From the IMG/VR virus record IMGVR_UViG_3300023178_003744, positions 1 through 64,000 of that record: a DNA stretch of 64,000 nucleotides. The stretch is one strand, 5' to 3'. Every line of letters begins with the position of its first letter. The first letter of the stretch is position 1. The notes under the pieces are model-generated. The model was not told the DNA's origin, did not search any database, and worked only from the letters and a program-made list of their open reading frames with translations. Below are positions 9,200 to 18,889 of the stretch, piece after piece. Both the position numbers and the translations under genes were made by a program. This DNA comes from a virus.

Positions 9200-10567
9200 A
9201 TGGCTTTACAACTAAGACGCGGTACTGACGCTGAGCGTTTAACAATTACACCTGCAGAAGGTGAATTAATATATACTACTGATACGAAGTTAATATATGT
9301 AGGCGACGGCAGTACACTAGGGGGCACAAAAGCCGATAGTGGTATTACTGATTTACTTTCAGATAGCTCTCCGCAGCTAGGTGGTAACTTAGATCTAAAC
9401 TCACAAACTATTACTGGCACCGGCGCTATTAATATTACTGGCAATATTAATGGTAACACAGTAGCAGGCAGTAGTGGTAACTTTACAAGCTCAGTAATTG
9501 GTAGTTTACAAGCAGCAAGCATTCAAGGTGATCTAACTGGATCTGTATTTGCCGATGACTCTACAATGCTTGTAGATGGTACTGATGGCAAAATTGTTCT
9601 TGTAAACAATGTAATTCAAGATTTAAGTAATGTTTATGTGCCCGTTACACCAACCGGCGGCGATGCTCTTATATGGAATGCAGTAGACAGCCGTTGGGAA
9701 GCTGGTAATCCTGCTGCAAGCGGCGGTACATTTGTAGGCGACGTCAAAGGCAGTATATTTGCAGACGATAGTACTTTAGTTTTTGATGCTATCAATAACT
9801 TAATAACTGTTCCTAGTATAGGTACAACTAATATATTTCCTCGAGATGCTAATGGTATTTCAATTGTAGGATTTCCGTCGGTTACTAATAAATTTTATTT
9901 GCAAGGTCAAGAAATACGTAGTCAGCAGATATTTGCTAGAACTACAACCGAAGATATAGAAGGTGAATATGTTGCATCGGGATCAACACATGAATTTGTA
10001 AACGGTACTCCGAGATCAATAGGTTCAATAACATTCCAAAAATTTGACGGGGTTGAGTTCTTCACACACGGAGTAATCGAAGGATTGAGTCACCGCATGG
10101 TACTAGCACATACAGCTAGTGCAACTGAACAACCTCCAATTTCTAAGCAATTCAGATTGATAGATGGATTTTTTGTTTTTGGTGATGCAGATTTTAGAGA
10201 AAAATTAAACGTTGGCGGCTCGGTATATTTAACCGGTGAAGTTACCGCTGACCAAGGTGTTCGTGCAAACATTATAGGTGATGATTCTGCTGTGATTTTA
10301 AATTATACAACAGGAGCTATAAACGCTAGCACAGTTACTGGTGACTTAAAGGGTAGTGTTTTTGCCGACGATAGTACTGCAATTGTAGACAGCATTAACC
10401 AAACTATAACTGCTGGAGGATTTGTGCAGTTTGGCTCATATAACACTACAGAACGAAATGCTCTTACTGCGGCAAATGGAATGGTAATATACAACTCACA
10501 AGTCAATAGATTTCAAGGTTATCAAAATGGTGCGTGGATAAACATCGACGACGGAACTGCGGCTTAA
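9200..10567 (+). CDS. virion fibre/spike-like protein (Mtd/hyaluronidase-type N-terminus)
   Basis: MALQLRRGT...PAEGELIYTTDTKLIYVGDG; DSSPQLGGNLDLN; three GDxxGS(V/I)FADDST repeats; C-terminal TTERNAL.AANGMVIYN..FQGYQNGAW. Confidence 0.75.
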   Translation: MALQLRRGTDAERLTITPAEGELIYTTDTKLIYVGDGSTLGGTKADSGITDLLSDSSPQLGGNLDLNSQTITGTGAINITGNINGNTVAGSSGNFTSSVIGSLQAASIQGDLTGSVFADDSTMLVDGTDGKIVLVNNVIQDLSNVYVPVTPTGGDALIWNAVDSRWEAGNPAASGGTFVGDVKGSIFADDSTLVFDAINNLITVPSIGTTNIFPRDANGISIVGFPSVTNKFYLQGQEIRSQQIFARTTTEDIEGEYVASGSTHEFVNGTPRSIGSITFQKFDGVEFFTHGVIEGLSHRMVLAHTASATEQPPISKQFRLIDGFFVFGDADFREKLNVGGSVYLTGEVTADQGVRANIIGDDSAVILNYTTGAINASTVTGDLKGSVFADDSTAIVDSINQTITAGGFVQFGSYNTTERNALTAANGMVIYNSQVNRFQGYQNGAWINIDDGTAA

Positions 10568-11442
10568 CAGTACCCTACATTCTTAGGTGGCTTAATCGGC
10601 GGCAATGCAGGTGGCCAGCCTGGCCAAGCTGGCCCTACTTGTAAAAAAAGTTCTGCTTCGTTGGTTTCTAATACATCAAAATACAATGTGTATTCCTGTC
10701 CTTCAAAAGAAAATTTTATATCAAATTTTTCTTCAGTTTTTCCGTAAATAAATCCATCTTCGTAAAAAACACCTGTCGGTAGAGGACTAATGTCTATTTC
10801 ATGAACATTGCCATCGAATAATTGAAATGCAAATAGTTCGTTTGGTTGGATATTTAAAATATCATTATTATTATGAATTAGTCCTGACATATTGTGTAAT
10901 CCTTGTTTATTATATTTATGCTTATACAAATGATACTTGGCTAATAGTAGACTGTTAGATGATTTACTCCTAAAATATACTATATTTTGATTCATAGTGT
11001 TTAACATTTTAATAATTTTTTTATCTGATTTTTTTGCTACTATCGTTACATTAGAATGCATTGCAAGTGCAAGATAGTTTAACTGTTTTTTATTAGGAAA
11101 GCTTACATGTAGCTGTTCTTGATCAAATTTATTTAATAGTTTTGCTAGCTTTTTATCTAAATAAGATAATCCAAAAGGCATGTAAATAGGATATTTTATT
11201 TCATGATTTATAAATTGGCTTAATAAATTAAATAAACTTTCATTGTTAATATTGATGTTATAGATAATAATTGGATAATTTAGTGTAGTAAAAGATTCAG
11301 CAACTTTAATAGTGTGAGAATTTAAATAATTTGTATAAGAATTCCTTACTGATATTTGGCCTACTCTGTGTATTTTATTTAAATTTTTAGTGTCACGTAA
11401 AACACTTATATTATCAATTATAATTGCTAGTTTTTTATCCAT
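10564..11442 (-). CDS. degenerate subtilase(S8)-like domain, Ig-like segment and Pro/Trp-rich C-terminal tail
   Basis: Ordered motifs AIIIDN / NSHTIKVAE / IYMPFG / VSFPN / SNVTIVA / SSNSLL; LPTGVFYEDGFIYGK; tail GPAWPGWPPALPPIKPPKNVGYC. The ORF is solid, the fold call tentative; start 11442 or 11460. Confidence 0.5.
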   Translation of the reverse strand: MDKKLAIIIDNISVLRDTKNLNKIHRVGQISVRNSYTNYLNSHTIKVAESFTTLNYPIIIYNININNESLFNLLSQFINHEIKYPIYMPFGLSYLDKKLAKLLNKFDQEQLHVSFPNKKQLNYLALAMHSNVTIVAKKSDKKIIKMLNTMNQNIVYFRSKSSNSLLLAKYHLYKHKYNKQGLHNMSGLIHNNNDILNIQPNELFAFQLFDGNVHEIDISPLPTGVFYEDGFIYGKTEEKFDIKFSFEGQEYTLYFDVLETNEAELFLQVGPAWPGWPPALPPIKPPKNVGYC

Positions 11443-12250
11443 AAACGTTCGAGTTTCCATATGCCCAATGCTTCACTGCCATTTTCTTTTTTGATGATTT
11501 ATGATTATTTCGTAGTATCGTATCGTATGGTTTTCCGTATTTTTCTTTAAAATGAATTTTATATTCCTTAAATCCTGTCCAAGAGTTATCTTGTTGTATA
11601 ACGGGTAGTCCGAGATCATTATAAAGCAAAAATTTCTTTGTATACATATTTGCATTCTTCATGTTGTGTACGTTTGATTTGATTATTTGCTTTTCAACTT
11701 CAAATTCTAAAAAAAAGAAAGGAAACAAATTAACCATATTGTTACTTTCTTTATATCTATATAGAACAAGTTCATCGTACGAAATCCAATTATATAATTT
11801 ATAACCGTATGTATCCTGCCATAATATAGGTGCAGATGGCAGTAGAATATTATAGTCAGGAAAATGTTTTACAGCATAATCAATAATATGTAAATGTACT
11901 GCAAATTGAGGACTTGTGCATCTATATAGGTTAAAATATTCTTCTGTAATATTTTTTTCCATGTATAATTTATCTAAATCTAAATATAATTTATGATCTA
12001 TTTGTAGTTGTTCTGCTGTTAAATTATCATATTTATTAAAAAAATTTTTCTTACTACCGTCTATGCAGTATTTGGCAAATAAAGTTTCTACGTGTATATT
12101 ATTATTTTTTAAAAATAATGTTAACGCCTGTGAATCAATTCCACCGCTAAATAATACTAAATTTTTTCTATTTGCAATTTTTGTAAGATCGTACTTTTTT
12201 TCCTGAATAATACATATCTCAATATCTGATTTCGATAAAACTTTTAACAT
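11435..12250 (-). CDS. PP-loop ATPase (adenine nucleotide alpha hydrolase; asparagine synthetase/QueC-like)
   Basis: LVLFSGGIDSQ motif; lacks the QueC Zn cysteines. Confidence 0.7.
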   Translation of the reverse strand: MLKVLSKSDIEICIIQEKKYDLTKIANRKNLVLFSGGIDSQALTLFLKNNNIHVETLFAKYCIDGSKKNFFNKYDNLTAEQLQIDHKLYLDLDKLYMEKNITEEYFNLYRCTSPQFAVHLHIIDYAVKHFPDYNILLPSAPILWQDTYGYKLYNWISYDELVLYRYKESNNMVNLFPFFFLEFEVEKQIIKSNVHNMKNANMYTKKFLLYNDLGLPVIQQDNSWTGFKEYKIHFKEKYGKPYDTILRNNHKSSKKKMAVKHWAYGNSNVYG

Positions 12251-12254
12251 GTTT

Positions 12255-12271
12255 TATTTATAGTATAAATA
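12255..12271. promoter_or_regulatory. back-to-back T4-late-like promoters
   Basis: TATTTATA-G-TATAAATA; each TATAAATA ends 4 nt before a start codon (12250 -, 12276 +). Confidence 0.75.
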
Positions 12272-12275
12272 TCTT

Positions 12276-12716
12276 GTGATTATAAAAAAAATTACATTTA
12301 ATACTGCATTACCTTTCTTAAAAAATCTATGGCCTACTACAAATAACATTTTACCAGCAAGTAGCATGCAGTATCTAGGTGGAAATGATATAACTATTTA
12401 CGAAAAATTTGAACCTAGTTTTTTTGGGATGTATAATAATACAGAGATTATAGGTGTAGTATCTGGTCATAAATCTTCCCAAGAATACTATAGAATGCGA
12501 GGATTATGGATCAATGAATTTTATAGAAAAAAGGGATTAAGTAAAAATTTGTTTATTACTATCGAAAACCAAGCTTTAAATGAAAATTGTAATTTTTTAT
12601 GGAGCTTTCCTAGACACGAAGCAATAAAAGCATATGCATCAAATGGCTTTGTACAAACTAGTAAATTTTTATCAACATCATATGGATTAAATTGCTATGC
12701 ACTTAAAAAACTTTAA
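12276..12716 (+). CDS. GNAT family acetyltransferase
   Basis: RMRGLWINEFYRKKGLSKNL (motif A) and AIKAYASNGF (motif B). Confidence 0.85.
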   Translation: MIIKKITFNTALPFLKNLWPTTNNILPASSMQYLGGNDITIYEKFEPSFFGMYNNTEIIGVVSGHKSSQEYYRMRGLWINEFYRKKGLSKNLFITIENQALNENCNFLWSFPRHEAIKAYASNGFVQTSKFLSTSYGLNCYALKKL

Positions 12717-13278
12717 CTTTACTCCGCCATTTTATACAGTACTAGATGTCTTAACTGATAGAGAGTGCTTGTTTTTAGAAAAATATCTAGCATTATCTGA
12801 CGATCAATTACAAACAGCTACTATTAATAGTAATAAAAAACCATCCGACGAGCGTAAAAGTTTAATAAATTTTCATAAATTTAATAATTCAAAAAATAAA
12901 TGGATATTTGAAAAAATTAATAATAGTGTTTTACATGCAAATCATAATTTTTGGAACTATGACTTGCACGGATATGACTTTTTTCAATATACTGTATATA
13001 CTACAGAGAATTCTCACTATAATTGGCATAATGATATCGGAGATTACAATAGCTTTTTTGGTGAAAGAAAAATAAGTATTAGTATTTTAGTAAATGATGA
13101 GTTTACTGGTGGCGTATTCAAAATTAATAACTTAAATCGTAATCAAGAAATAGATGTTACGTTAAAAAAAGGTCAAGCTATAATTTTTCCTAGTTTTGTA
13201 CCGCATTGCGTAACACCAGTTACTGCCGGCACACGAAAAAGCGTGGTAGCTTGGATTTGCGGTCCGCAATTTAAATAA
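12697..13278 (+). CDS. 2OG-Fe(II) oxygenase (PKHD/prolyl-4-hydroxylase-like)
   Basis: YNWHND, RKISISI, FTGG.F, FPSFVPHCVTPVTAGTRKSVVAW. Confidence 0.88.
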   Translation: MHLKNFNFTPPFYTVLDVLTDRECLFLEKYLALSDDQLQTATINSNKKPSDERKSLINFHKFNNSKNKWIFEKINNSVLHANHNFWNYDLHGYDFFQYTVYTTENSHYNWHNDIGDYNSFFGERKISISILVNDEFTGGVFKINNLNRNQEIDVTLKKGQAIIFPSFVPHCVTPVTAGTRKSVVAWICGPQFK

Positions 13279-13290
13279 ACTAACCTACAG

Positions 13291-13353
13291 TTATAGCATA
13301 TCTACGGGATGAATGGGCAATTCGAATGACAATAATAAATCATCAGTAAACAT
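13291..13353 (-). CDS. unannotated 20-aa peptide MFTDDLLLSFELPIHPVDML
   Basis: Minus strand reads TAA-AGAGGTCAT-ATG; RBS and ATG lie 9 nt after the upstream stop, and the ORF fills most of an 84-nt gap. Confidence 0.5.
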   Translation of the reverse strand: MFTDDLLLSFELPIHPVDML

Positions 13354-13362
13354 ATGACCTCT

Positions 13363-14046
13363 TTATATTAATACATTTTTTAAATCGTTTATACCATCCG
13401 AATGCATTGCTATGAAAAACTGATAGGTTTCTTTGTCAACACAAGATCTTGCTCCGTGAATTATATTTGTGTCTATAACATATAACCTACCTGCTTCAAT
13501 TTCAAAATCTTCAAAGTCTTCTACTTGCGGATTCATGCTTTTAACATCTCGAGGATTAGATCGTCTACGTTGCTTATCAAATTGTATCTTAACTTTATCA
13601 GGTTCAGTTGTTCCCCATAGACGTAGTATAGGAGAAGGCATCCATGTGTCTGTATGTGGCCAGAAAAATGATTCTGCATCCCAGCGTAATATTGCACTCC
13701 TTACCATGTGCTTCTTAATAGGTTTAAGTACAGCAAATGCACTTTCGTCTAATACTTCTGTTGAGACTGTAGCATCGGCGTCTAGGAAAAATTTTTCTGG
13801 GCGAGCACGAATCCATTCATCTAATGGATAACATATTGGCTCTGGATTGTTAAGCATACTGCCGTTTTGATTTACCAATGGTAAGCCATATCTTGGCAAG
13901 TGAGCCTTTTCTTCTCCCCACTTTCTAAAAGCATACTTATACTTTTTCATACATTCATAAAAACTGTCTACATCAAAAACCATGCTAGTTTTTTGTAGTA
14001 CTGTAGGATGAAAGTCTATATATTCTTTTTCTTCGAGCATGTTCAT
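13363..14046 (-). CDS. cupin/Fe(II) oxygenase-like protein (Asp/Asn beta-hydroxylase-like)
   Basis: FWPHTD..LRLWG and EAGRLYVIDTNIIHGA (HxD...H). Confidence 0.6.
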   Translation of the reverse strand: MNMLEEKEYIDFHPTVLQKTSMVFDVDSFYECMKKYKYAFRKWGEEKAHLPRYGLPLVNQNGSMLNNPEPICYPLDEWIRARPEKFFLDADATVSTEVLDESAFAVLKPIKKHMVRSAILRWDAESFFWPHTDTWMPSPILRLWGTTEPDKVKIQFDKQRRRSNPRDVKSMNPQVEDFEDFEIEAGRLYVIDTNIIHGARSCVDKETYQFFIAMHSDGINDLKNVLI

Positions 14047-14627
14047 ATAATTGATGTTACTAAATGTATTCTTGATTCTGTGCTTGCATTAAAAGCAGTA
14101 TGATACTGAGCTGTATTAGTAAGCCACCAAGTATTAGCAGGCATGTGTACAACTTCGTTTTTTATAACCATTTTGCACCCTATATTAGTTTCTATAGGAT
14201 AGTGCAATCTTGTATCAGCATCGTTATGCCAAGTTAAACAGGTTTTAGGCCTCATTAACATCAGTCTCATTCGACCTATTGTAAATTTATCAGATACCGC
14301 ACGATAAATTTTTTCAAAAACTGTACCTTTAAATTGACTGCATAGATCAGTAAAATCTTTTTCATTTTTTGGCACTTTATAAGGTTTTGGTACAAATTTA
14401 ACTGTTTTACCGTTTTCGTCAAACACCTCGTGTCCATTTTGCCAATCCCAGATTAAACTGCCGGATCCGTAATGTATATCATCGGGACGATCTTTTGTAG
14501 TGTTAAGACAAATTTGACTGTCTCTTTTTTCCCATGATATTATTTCATTATCTATTAAATTGTCTAATTCTTCTGTAACATCTAGTACAGGTAAATCAGT
14601 TAGGTTTTTAAAAAATTTATATTTCAT
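14043..14627 (-). CDS. aspartyl/asparaginyl beta-hydroxylase-like 2OG-Fe(II) oxygenase
   Basis: RMRLM.M.PKTCLTWHND..RLHYPI.TN and NTAQYHTAFNAS.ESRIHLV. Confidence 0.75.
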   Translation of the reverse strand: MKYKFFKNLTDLPVLDVTEELDNLIDNEIISWEKRDSQICLNTTKDRPDDIHYGSGSLIWDWQNGHEVFDENGKTVKFVPKPYKVPKNEKDFTDLCSQFKGTVFEKIYRAVSDKFTIGRMRLMLMRPKTCLTWHNDADTRLHYPIETNIGCKMVIKNEVVHMPANTWWLTNTAQYHTAFNASTESRIHLVTSII

Positions 14628-14638
14628 ACTAAAATTAT

Positions 14639-15751
14639 TTATTTCTTGCGTTTGGGTATCTTGCTATCAGCTGAACTAACACAACTTTCAGTAATACAAG
14701 GTTTTGCACTATCAAAAAGTTTAAATCCAGTTTCTATATTGCCCAGGGGAGCATCATGACAGCTGTAGCTGCGCTTTACACTACCGTCAGGTTCTCTAAT
14801 AATAATACCGCTATAGCCAGCATTGCAGCTCCATCCTTTAAATTTATTGAAATCAAATGCATTAAATCTTTCAGCTTGATCCATATACCATTTTTTACCT
14901 TTGGAATCTGTAAATTCTACTTGCATATGCCACGGTACACTTTTATCATTTTCGCCTATTGCATATGAAGGTAGTTCGAAATTAGGTTTAGGTCTATTAG
15001 CCCACTTGCGCTTTACTTCAGTGTATGCCATTTGCGGCATACCGTTCCAAAGCCGCTTTAAGTCTTCTTCTTTGTAACCTTCGACCACACGTGATGCAGT
15101 AGGATCTGATTGTGGTTTAAGGGTAACATTGATTCCTTGTTCGTGGAAGAACAGTGCGTTTTCCCAGTCCCTTTCAAACCATTCTGGAACCATAACCATG
15201 TTAATAGTAACTTGGACATCGTGTTCTTGACACAGTACAAGCTTATTAGCAAAGTCCTGCATCTTCTCGCGGGTATTTAGATGCTCTGTATGTAAACTAG
15301 CAGTAATACTAGCACGGTGGAACGGCTTTGCGTATTCTACATATGTCTCAAACCACTTCATAGGTCGAGAGCAGTTTGACGTCATATGAATACTTGTGTA
15401 ATTAGTGTTATCAACGTCGTCAGCGAGATATTTAAGTATGTCAAGATAACCGGGATGAAAAGTAGGTTCACCCCCACTAAGGCTGAAATGAAAGCTATTA
15501 AATCCATTGCCCCGAGCTTGTCGTTTAATTTCATCTATTGTCCTCAAGCATAGTTTAGTCGGTCTGTGATCTTTTTTATCACTGCGAGCATAAGGCCAGC
15601 AGTAACTACAACGATAGTTACAGAAGCGTCCTAGTAACCAGCTTACTGTGAACAAGTCTCTGTATAGTAAAGTACGCTGCCCTACTTGTATTATATCATC
15701 AAATGGTATTTTTGTAAAGTCGTAATCTGACCATTTTAAATCTTCGGACAT
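14639..15751 (-). CDS. radical SAM enzyme with C-terminal twitch/SPASM-like domain
   Basis: CNYRCSYC, SGGEPT; C-terminal CNAG...DGSV..SYSC..PLGNI..C..C. Confidence 0.9.
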   Translation of the reverse strand: MSEDLKWSDYDFTKIPFDDIIQVGQRTLLYRDLFTVSWLLGRFCNYRCSYCWPYARSDKKDHRPTKLCLRTIDEIKRQARGNGFNSFHFSLSGGEPTFHPGYLDILKYLADDVDNTNYTSIHMTSNCSRPMKWFETYVEYAKPFHRASITASLHTEHLNTREKMQDFANKLVLCQEHDVQVTINMVMVPEWFERDWENALFFHEQGINVTLKPQSDPTASRVVEGYKEEDLKRLWNGMPQMAYTEVKRKWANRPKPNFELPSYAIGENDKSVPWHMQVEFTDSKGKKWYMDQAERFNAFDFNKFKGWSCNAGYSGIIIREPDGSVKRSYSCHDAPLGNIETGFKLFDSAKPCITESCVSSADSKIPKRKK

Positions 15752-15759
15752 GAAAATAC

Positions 15760-16410
15760 TTATCCAGTAATTAAATTCCTAATATATTTTGCTTGCCATT
15801 TTAATCCTTCTTCACCAAAATGGGCACCTTTGTCAACTATATATTCGTGAAATAAATCATCACCTAATACCTCTTCAATACACAGTACATTATGATCATA
15901 GTATTTTTTATATGTACTATATCCCCCAAATGTTTGGAAAAATGTTAAATTAAAATTATTTCTTATTGCTTCGAAAGTATTACTGAATTCTAATTCACTT
16001 TCTATTGTAGGAATTATTTTTAACCTGCTTTTGTAAAAATTCCTAATTTTCAACGGTCCTTTACTTGTAAGTTTTGGTTGATAAGTTATTGCATGAGATT
16101 CACGATCAAGCCAAAGCCCCCAATAATTTGACAATTCCTTTTTTAAATATTGCATTGGATCTATTATTTCGGGCATGTAGGTCCATCTCCATGCAGTCGT
16201 TCCCTGAAAAATGTGATATGTAGGTTCGTTAATTTTTTTTGATAAATGCATTATCAAAGCTGAAGAAAAATGTATGCTAGAGCCAGCATAAGAAAAATTA
16301 TAAATTTTCCAAGATGGTTCTAATAAAGCTAACTGTTTTGGCCAATTATCAAAATTATTAATGTGCGGTTGGCCCCAACTCCAACTACAACCATAAACAT
16401 GTATTCTCAT
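15760..16410 (-). CDS. SGNH/GDSL hydrolase-like protein
   Basis: VYGCSWSWG (block I), NFSYAGSS, terminal DKGAHF. Confidence 0.6.
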   Translation of the reverse strand: MRIHVYGCSWSWGQPHINNFDNWPKQLALLEPSWKIYNFSYAGSSIHFSSALIMHLSKKINEPTYHIFQGTTAWRWTYMPEIIDPMQYLKKELSNYWGLWLDRESHAITYQPKLTSKGPLKIRNFYKSRLKIIPTIESELEFSNTFEAIRNNFNLTFFQTFGGYSTYKKYYDHNVLCIEEVLGDDLFHEYIVDKGAHFGEEGLKWQAKYIRNLITG

Positions 16411-17174
16411 TACTTTCCTTTTTTAGGTATCAGTATGAAAGATGATATTTCTACGTTTTTTACAAATTGATACTTGTGCTGAGCACAAAATTGTCTTATA
16501 TACGGAGTATCAATTTCTCTAATAGGATTATCATTCAAGTGTTCAAATTGTATCAACGGTCTCCACTTTTCAATAAGTTTGTTTGCTCCTTTAATGATAG
16601 CAATATCACTACTTTCAGCATCAATTTTTATAAAGGACAAATCTTCAATTTTTTCTAAAAATACATTGTCGAGTGTAGAAGATTGCATTTCAATAGTAAA
16701 CCAATTTGGTAATATTTGTTTCTTAACATTGTTATTCACATCGTGTGGAAGAAGTGGTGAGAGCAACGGCGTGTGCAAAACCGTATTGTGTTTTGCATCA
16801 TCTTCTACCATATCAAAATACCGTGTAGAATAACCTATATCTTGATTACTGCAATGAAATTGTACAGTTTCTTGCTTATCTGATAAAAAATAATGATAAG
16901 CTTCTAAATTATTTAATTTTTTATTTTTGATGTCTTGCATGATTAGTTCATAACTACTCTCATGCGCATCTATAGCGTATACTGTTTTAAATAATTTTGT
17001 ATATTCTAAAGTATTATGGGTACACTTGCCAATTCCAACTTCAATAGCTGTGCTATTTTCATGCAAAAGTCTTTTTGAAATTAATGTACCTATACCTGTA
17101 TAATGAAATAATGTATTACGATCCACTTGATATCCACTTATAAAGTTCGGGATTAAGTGCACGCCAATGTTCAT
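16410..17174 (-). CDS. FkbM family methyltransferase
   Basis: AIEVGIGKC, TLDN, FIKIDAESSD..IIKGA..I...RPLIQFE; the true start may be GTG 17126. Confidence 0.8.
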   Translation of the reverse strand: MNIGVHLIPNFISGYQVDRNTLFHYTGIGTLISKRLLHENSTAIEVGIGKCTHNTLEYTKLFKTVYAIDAHESSYELIMQDIKNKKLNNLEAYHYFLSDKQETVQFHCSNQDIGYSTRYFDMVEDDAKHNTVLHTPLLSPLLPHDVNNNVKKQILPNWFTIEMQSSTLDNVFLEKIEDLSFIKIDAESSDIAIIKGANKLIEKWRPLIQFEHLNDNPIREIDTPYIRQFCAQHKYQFVKNVEISSFILIPKKGK

Positions 17175-18264
17175 TTCTTATTTTATTCATTATTGAATCC
17201 ATATAATGAAATTTTCGTATATCACCCGTTTGATTTATCTCATTTTGTAAAAGTTTAAAAAATACTTTATATGGTTTATATTTATTTTTCAACAACCAAT
17301 TGTTTATTTTTTTCTTAAGGCTATTTTTTGCTTGATCAGGCAGATTACGTATTTGCATGTAATTTGGTCCGCTTATTAACGAATAACGATGATCAAACTT
17401 ATTAGTAATACAATAGTCCATTAATCTATCAACTATATTAACGTTATATATACTTGCAACACTTTGTATACTTAATTGATCAAAATTTTTGTTAAACCAT
17501 TCTATAGTTGCTGTTGTGTTCTTCCATGTTGACCCTTTACGTAAAAAATCGTTCATCTTGCCATAAGAGTCTACGCTTAATGCAATAGATACAGATTTAC
17601 ATTGCTTAAGTATACCTATTAATTTATTGTTAGGTATGGTTGTTGCATTGGTGACTAAATGAATAGTTAAATTTTTAGTGTCGCATTTTTCTATAAGACT
17701 TATCATTTTATCTTGCTCTAATAGAGGTTCACCGCCTAAAAACTTAATATGCTGTACTCGAGAAAAATCACCTTTATCTAAAAAATTATTATTTACTACA
17801 CCTTTATATGTATCAAAAGGAAAACTCTTGTCTTTTTTGCTTGCCATTTGTTCTAATTTTTTTGCATCAGTGTACCAATTGGTGCTTAACGACGGGCCGC
17901 ACATTCTGCATTTATTGTTACATAAATTACTAAACGCAATGTCTAAAAAACTTATATACGGATCTGTATGTTCTCTCAAGCTAATTGTACCAAGATAATC
18001 TTGTACACTCGGTTCTAGTACATCAGTTCTATAACTTTTATTTGCAATTTTTTCTTCTTGATAACATCGTGTGCAACCTGGATGAGCTTCGTCTTTTTTG
18101 CATTTATCTCGTAAGTTCTCTAAATACTTATCATTAAAAACATTAGGGTTTGATATGTTTATTGACTTCGGTTTATCAACATCATAAAATACACAACATG
18201 GTGAAATTTCTCCATCGGGACGTATAAATAGAGCGTTTAAGGGCAAAGGGCATCCAAATTTCAT
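17116..18264 (-). CDS. radical SAM enzyme with N-terminal twitch domain
   Basis: N-terminal CPLP..DGEISPCC..CTRC; CNNKCRMC; LGGEPLL. Confidence 0.9.
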   Translation of the reverse strand: MKFGCPLPLNALFIRPDGEISPCCVFYDVDKPKSINISNPNVFNDKYLENLRDKCKKDEAHPGCTRCYQEEKIANKSYRTDVLEPSVQDYLGTISLREHTDPYISFLDIAFSNLCNNKCRMCGPSLSTNWYTDAKKLEQMASKKDKSFPFDTYKGVVNNNFLDKGDFSRVQHIKFLGGEPLLEQDKMISLIEKCDTKNLTIHLVTNATTIPNNKLIGILKQCKSVSIALSVDSYGKMNDFLRKGSTWKNTTATIEWFNKNFDQLSIQSVASIYNVNIVDRLMDYCITNKFDHRYSLISGPNYMQIRNLPDQAKNSLKKKINNWLLKNKYKPYKVFFKLLQNEINQTGDIRKFHYMDSIMNKIRNEHWRALNPELYKWISSGS

Positions 18265-18276
18265 AAATATATTTAT
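18263..18276. promoter_or_regulatory. palindromic divergent late-like promoter ATAAATATATTTAT
   Basis: Perfect 14-bp palindrome; the minus-strand box is 5 nt from ATG 18264; identical to 28468-28481. Confidence 0.65.
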
Positions 18277-18289
18277 TATAGGAAAATAT

Positions 18290-18889
18290 ATGTTGTTGAA
18301 AAAATATGCAGAAACTGCTGAACGTTGTCAGCGCAATTATGATATAACGCAGCTATTACCTAAAGAGCATGTAGATTATATTTTATCAGTTTGCACAACT
18401 ATGCCATCAAAAAATAATAAAAATTTGTATAGACTTTTGGCTATACAAAATACAAGCATTTCTAAAAAAATATATATAAAAGGGGCATGGGCAGCTGGCG
18501 ATCTCAAATTAAAAGAAGTTCCTAATCAATATAGAAATGGCCAAGTATACGCACCATTATTACTAATTTGGGACGGGTCTATTTGTCCTGAAGGCAGGAA
18601 TAGTAGAGAAGATCATCTTATGGCTGTAGGTATTTCTAGTGGTGCTGCTGCATTAGCAGCAGCAGAGCTTGGGTATAAGACCGGTTTCTGTGTATGTTTC
18701 GAAGAGAAAAAAGTTGAAGGTGTTTTGAATAAACATATAGGTCAAACTTTAAATTTAAAAATTACACTTATGTTAGGTATAGGTTTACCAGACAGCCGAT
18801 TTGATCGTACAGAATGTGTTTTAAACGATAAAGTTGTCTATACATGTGGTTCTTTTAACAAGACCACACCTATTTTAGAAATACATTAA
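18290..18889 (+). CDS. nitroreductase-family flavoprotein
   Basis: RCQRNYD, MPSKNN, APLLLI, VGISSG...AAAELGYKTGFC, LMLGIG. Confidence 0.75.
   Translation: MLLKKYAETAERCQRNYDITQLLPKEHVDYILSVCTTMPSKNNKNLYRLLAIQNTSISKKIYIKGAWAAGDLKLKEVPNQYRNGQVYAPLLLIWDGSICPEGRNSREDHLMAVGISSGAAALAAAELGYKTGFCVCFEEKKVEGVLNKHIGQTLNLKITLMLGIGLPDSRFDRTECVLNDKVVYTCGSFNKTTPILEIH

Noticed and set aside
9527-10378. CRISPR array or DGR template/variable repeats
   Set aside because: The repeats are protein-level with diverged codons and irregular spacing; no reverse transcriptase or cas gene was seen
10613-10634. GGCCAGC-N8-GCTGGCC hairpin as a terminator for the fibre gene
   Set aside because: No U-tract follows; explained by Pro/Gly/Trp/Ala codons of the opposite-strand tail, though a dual role is not excluded
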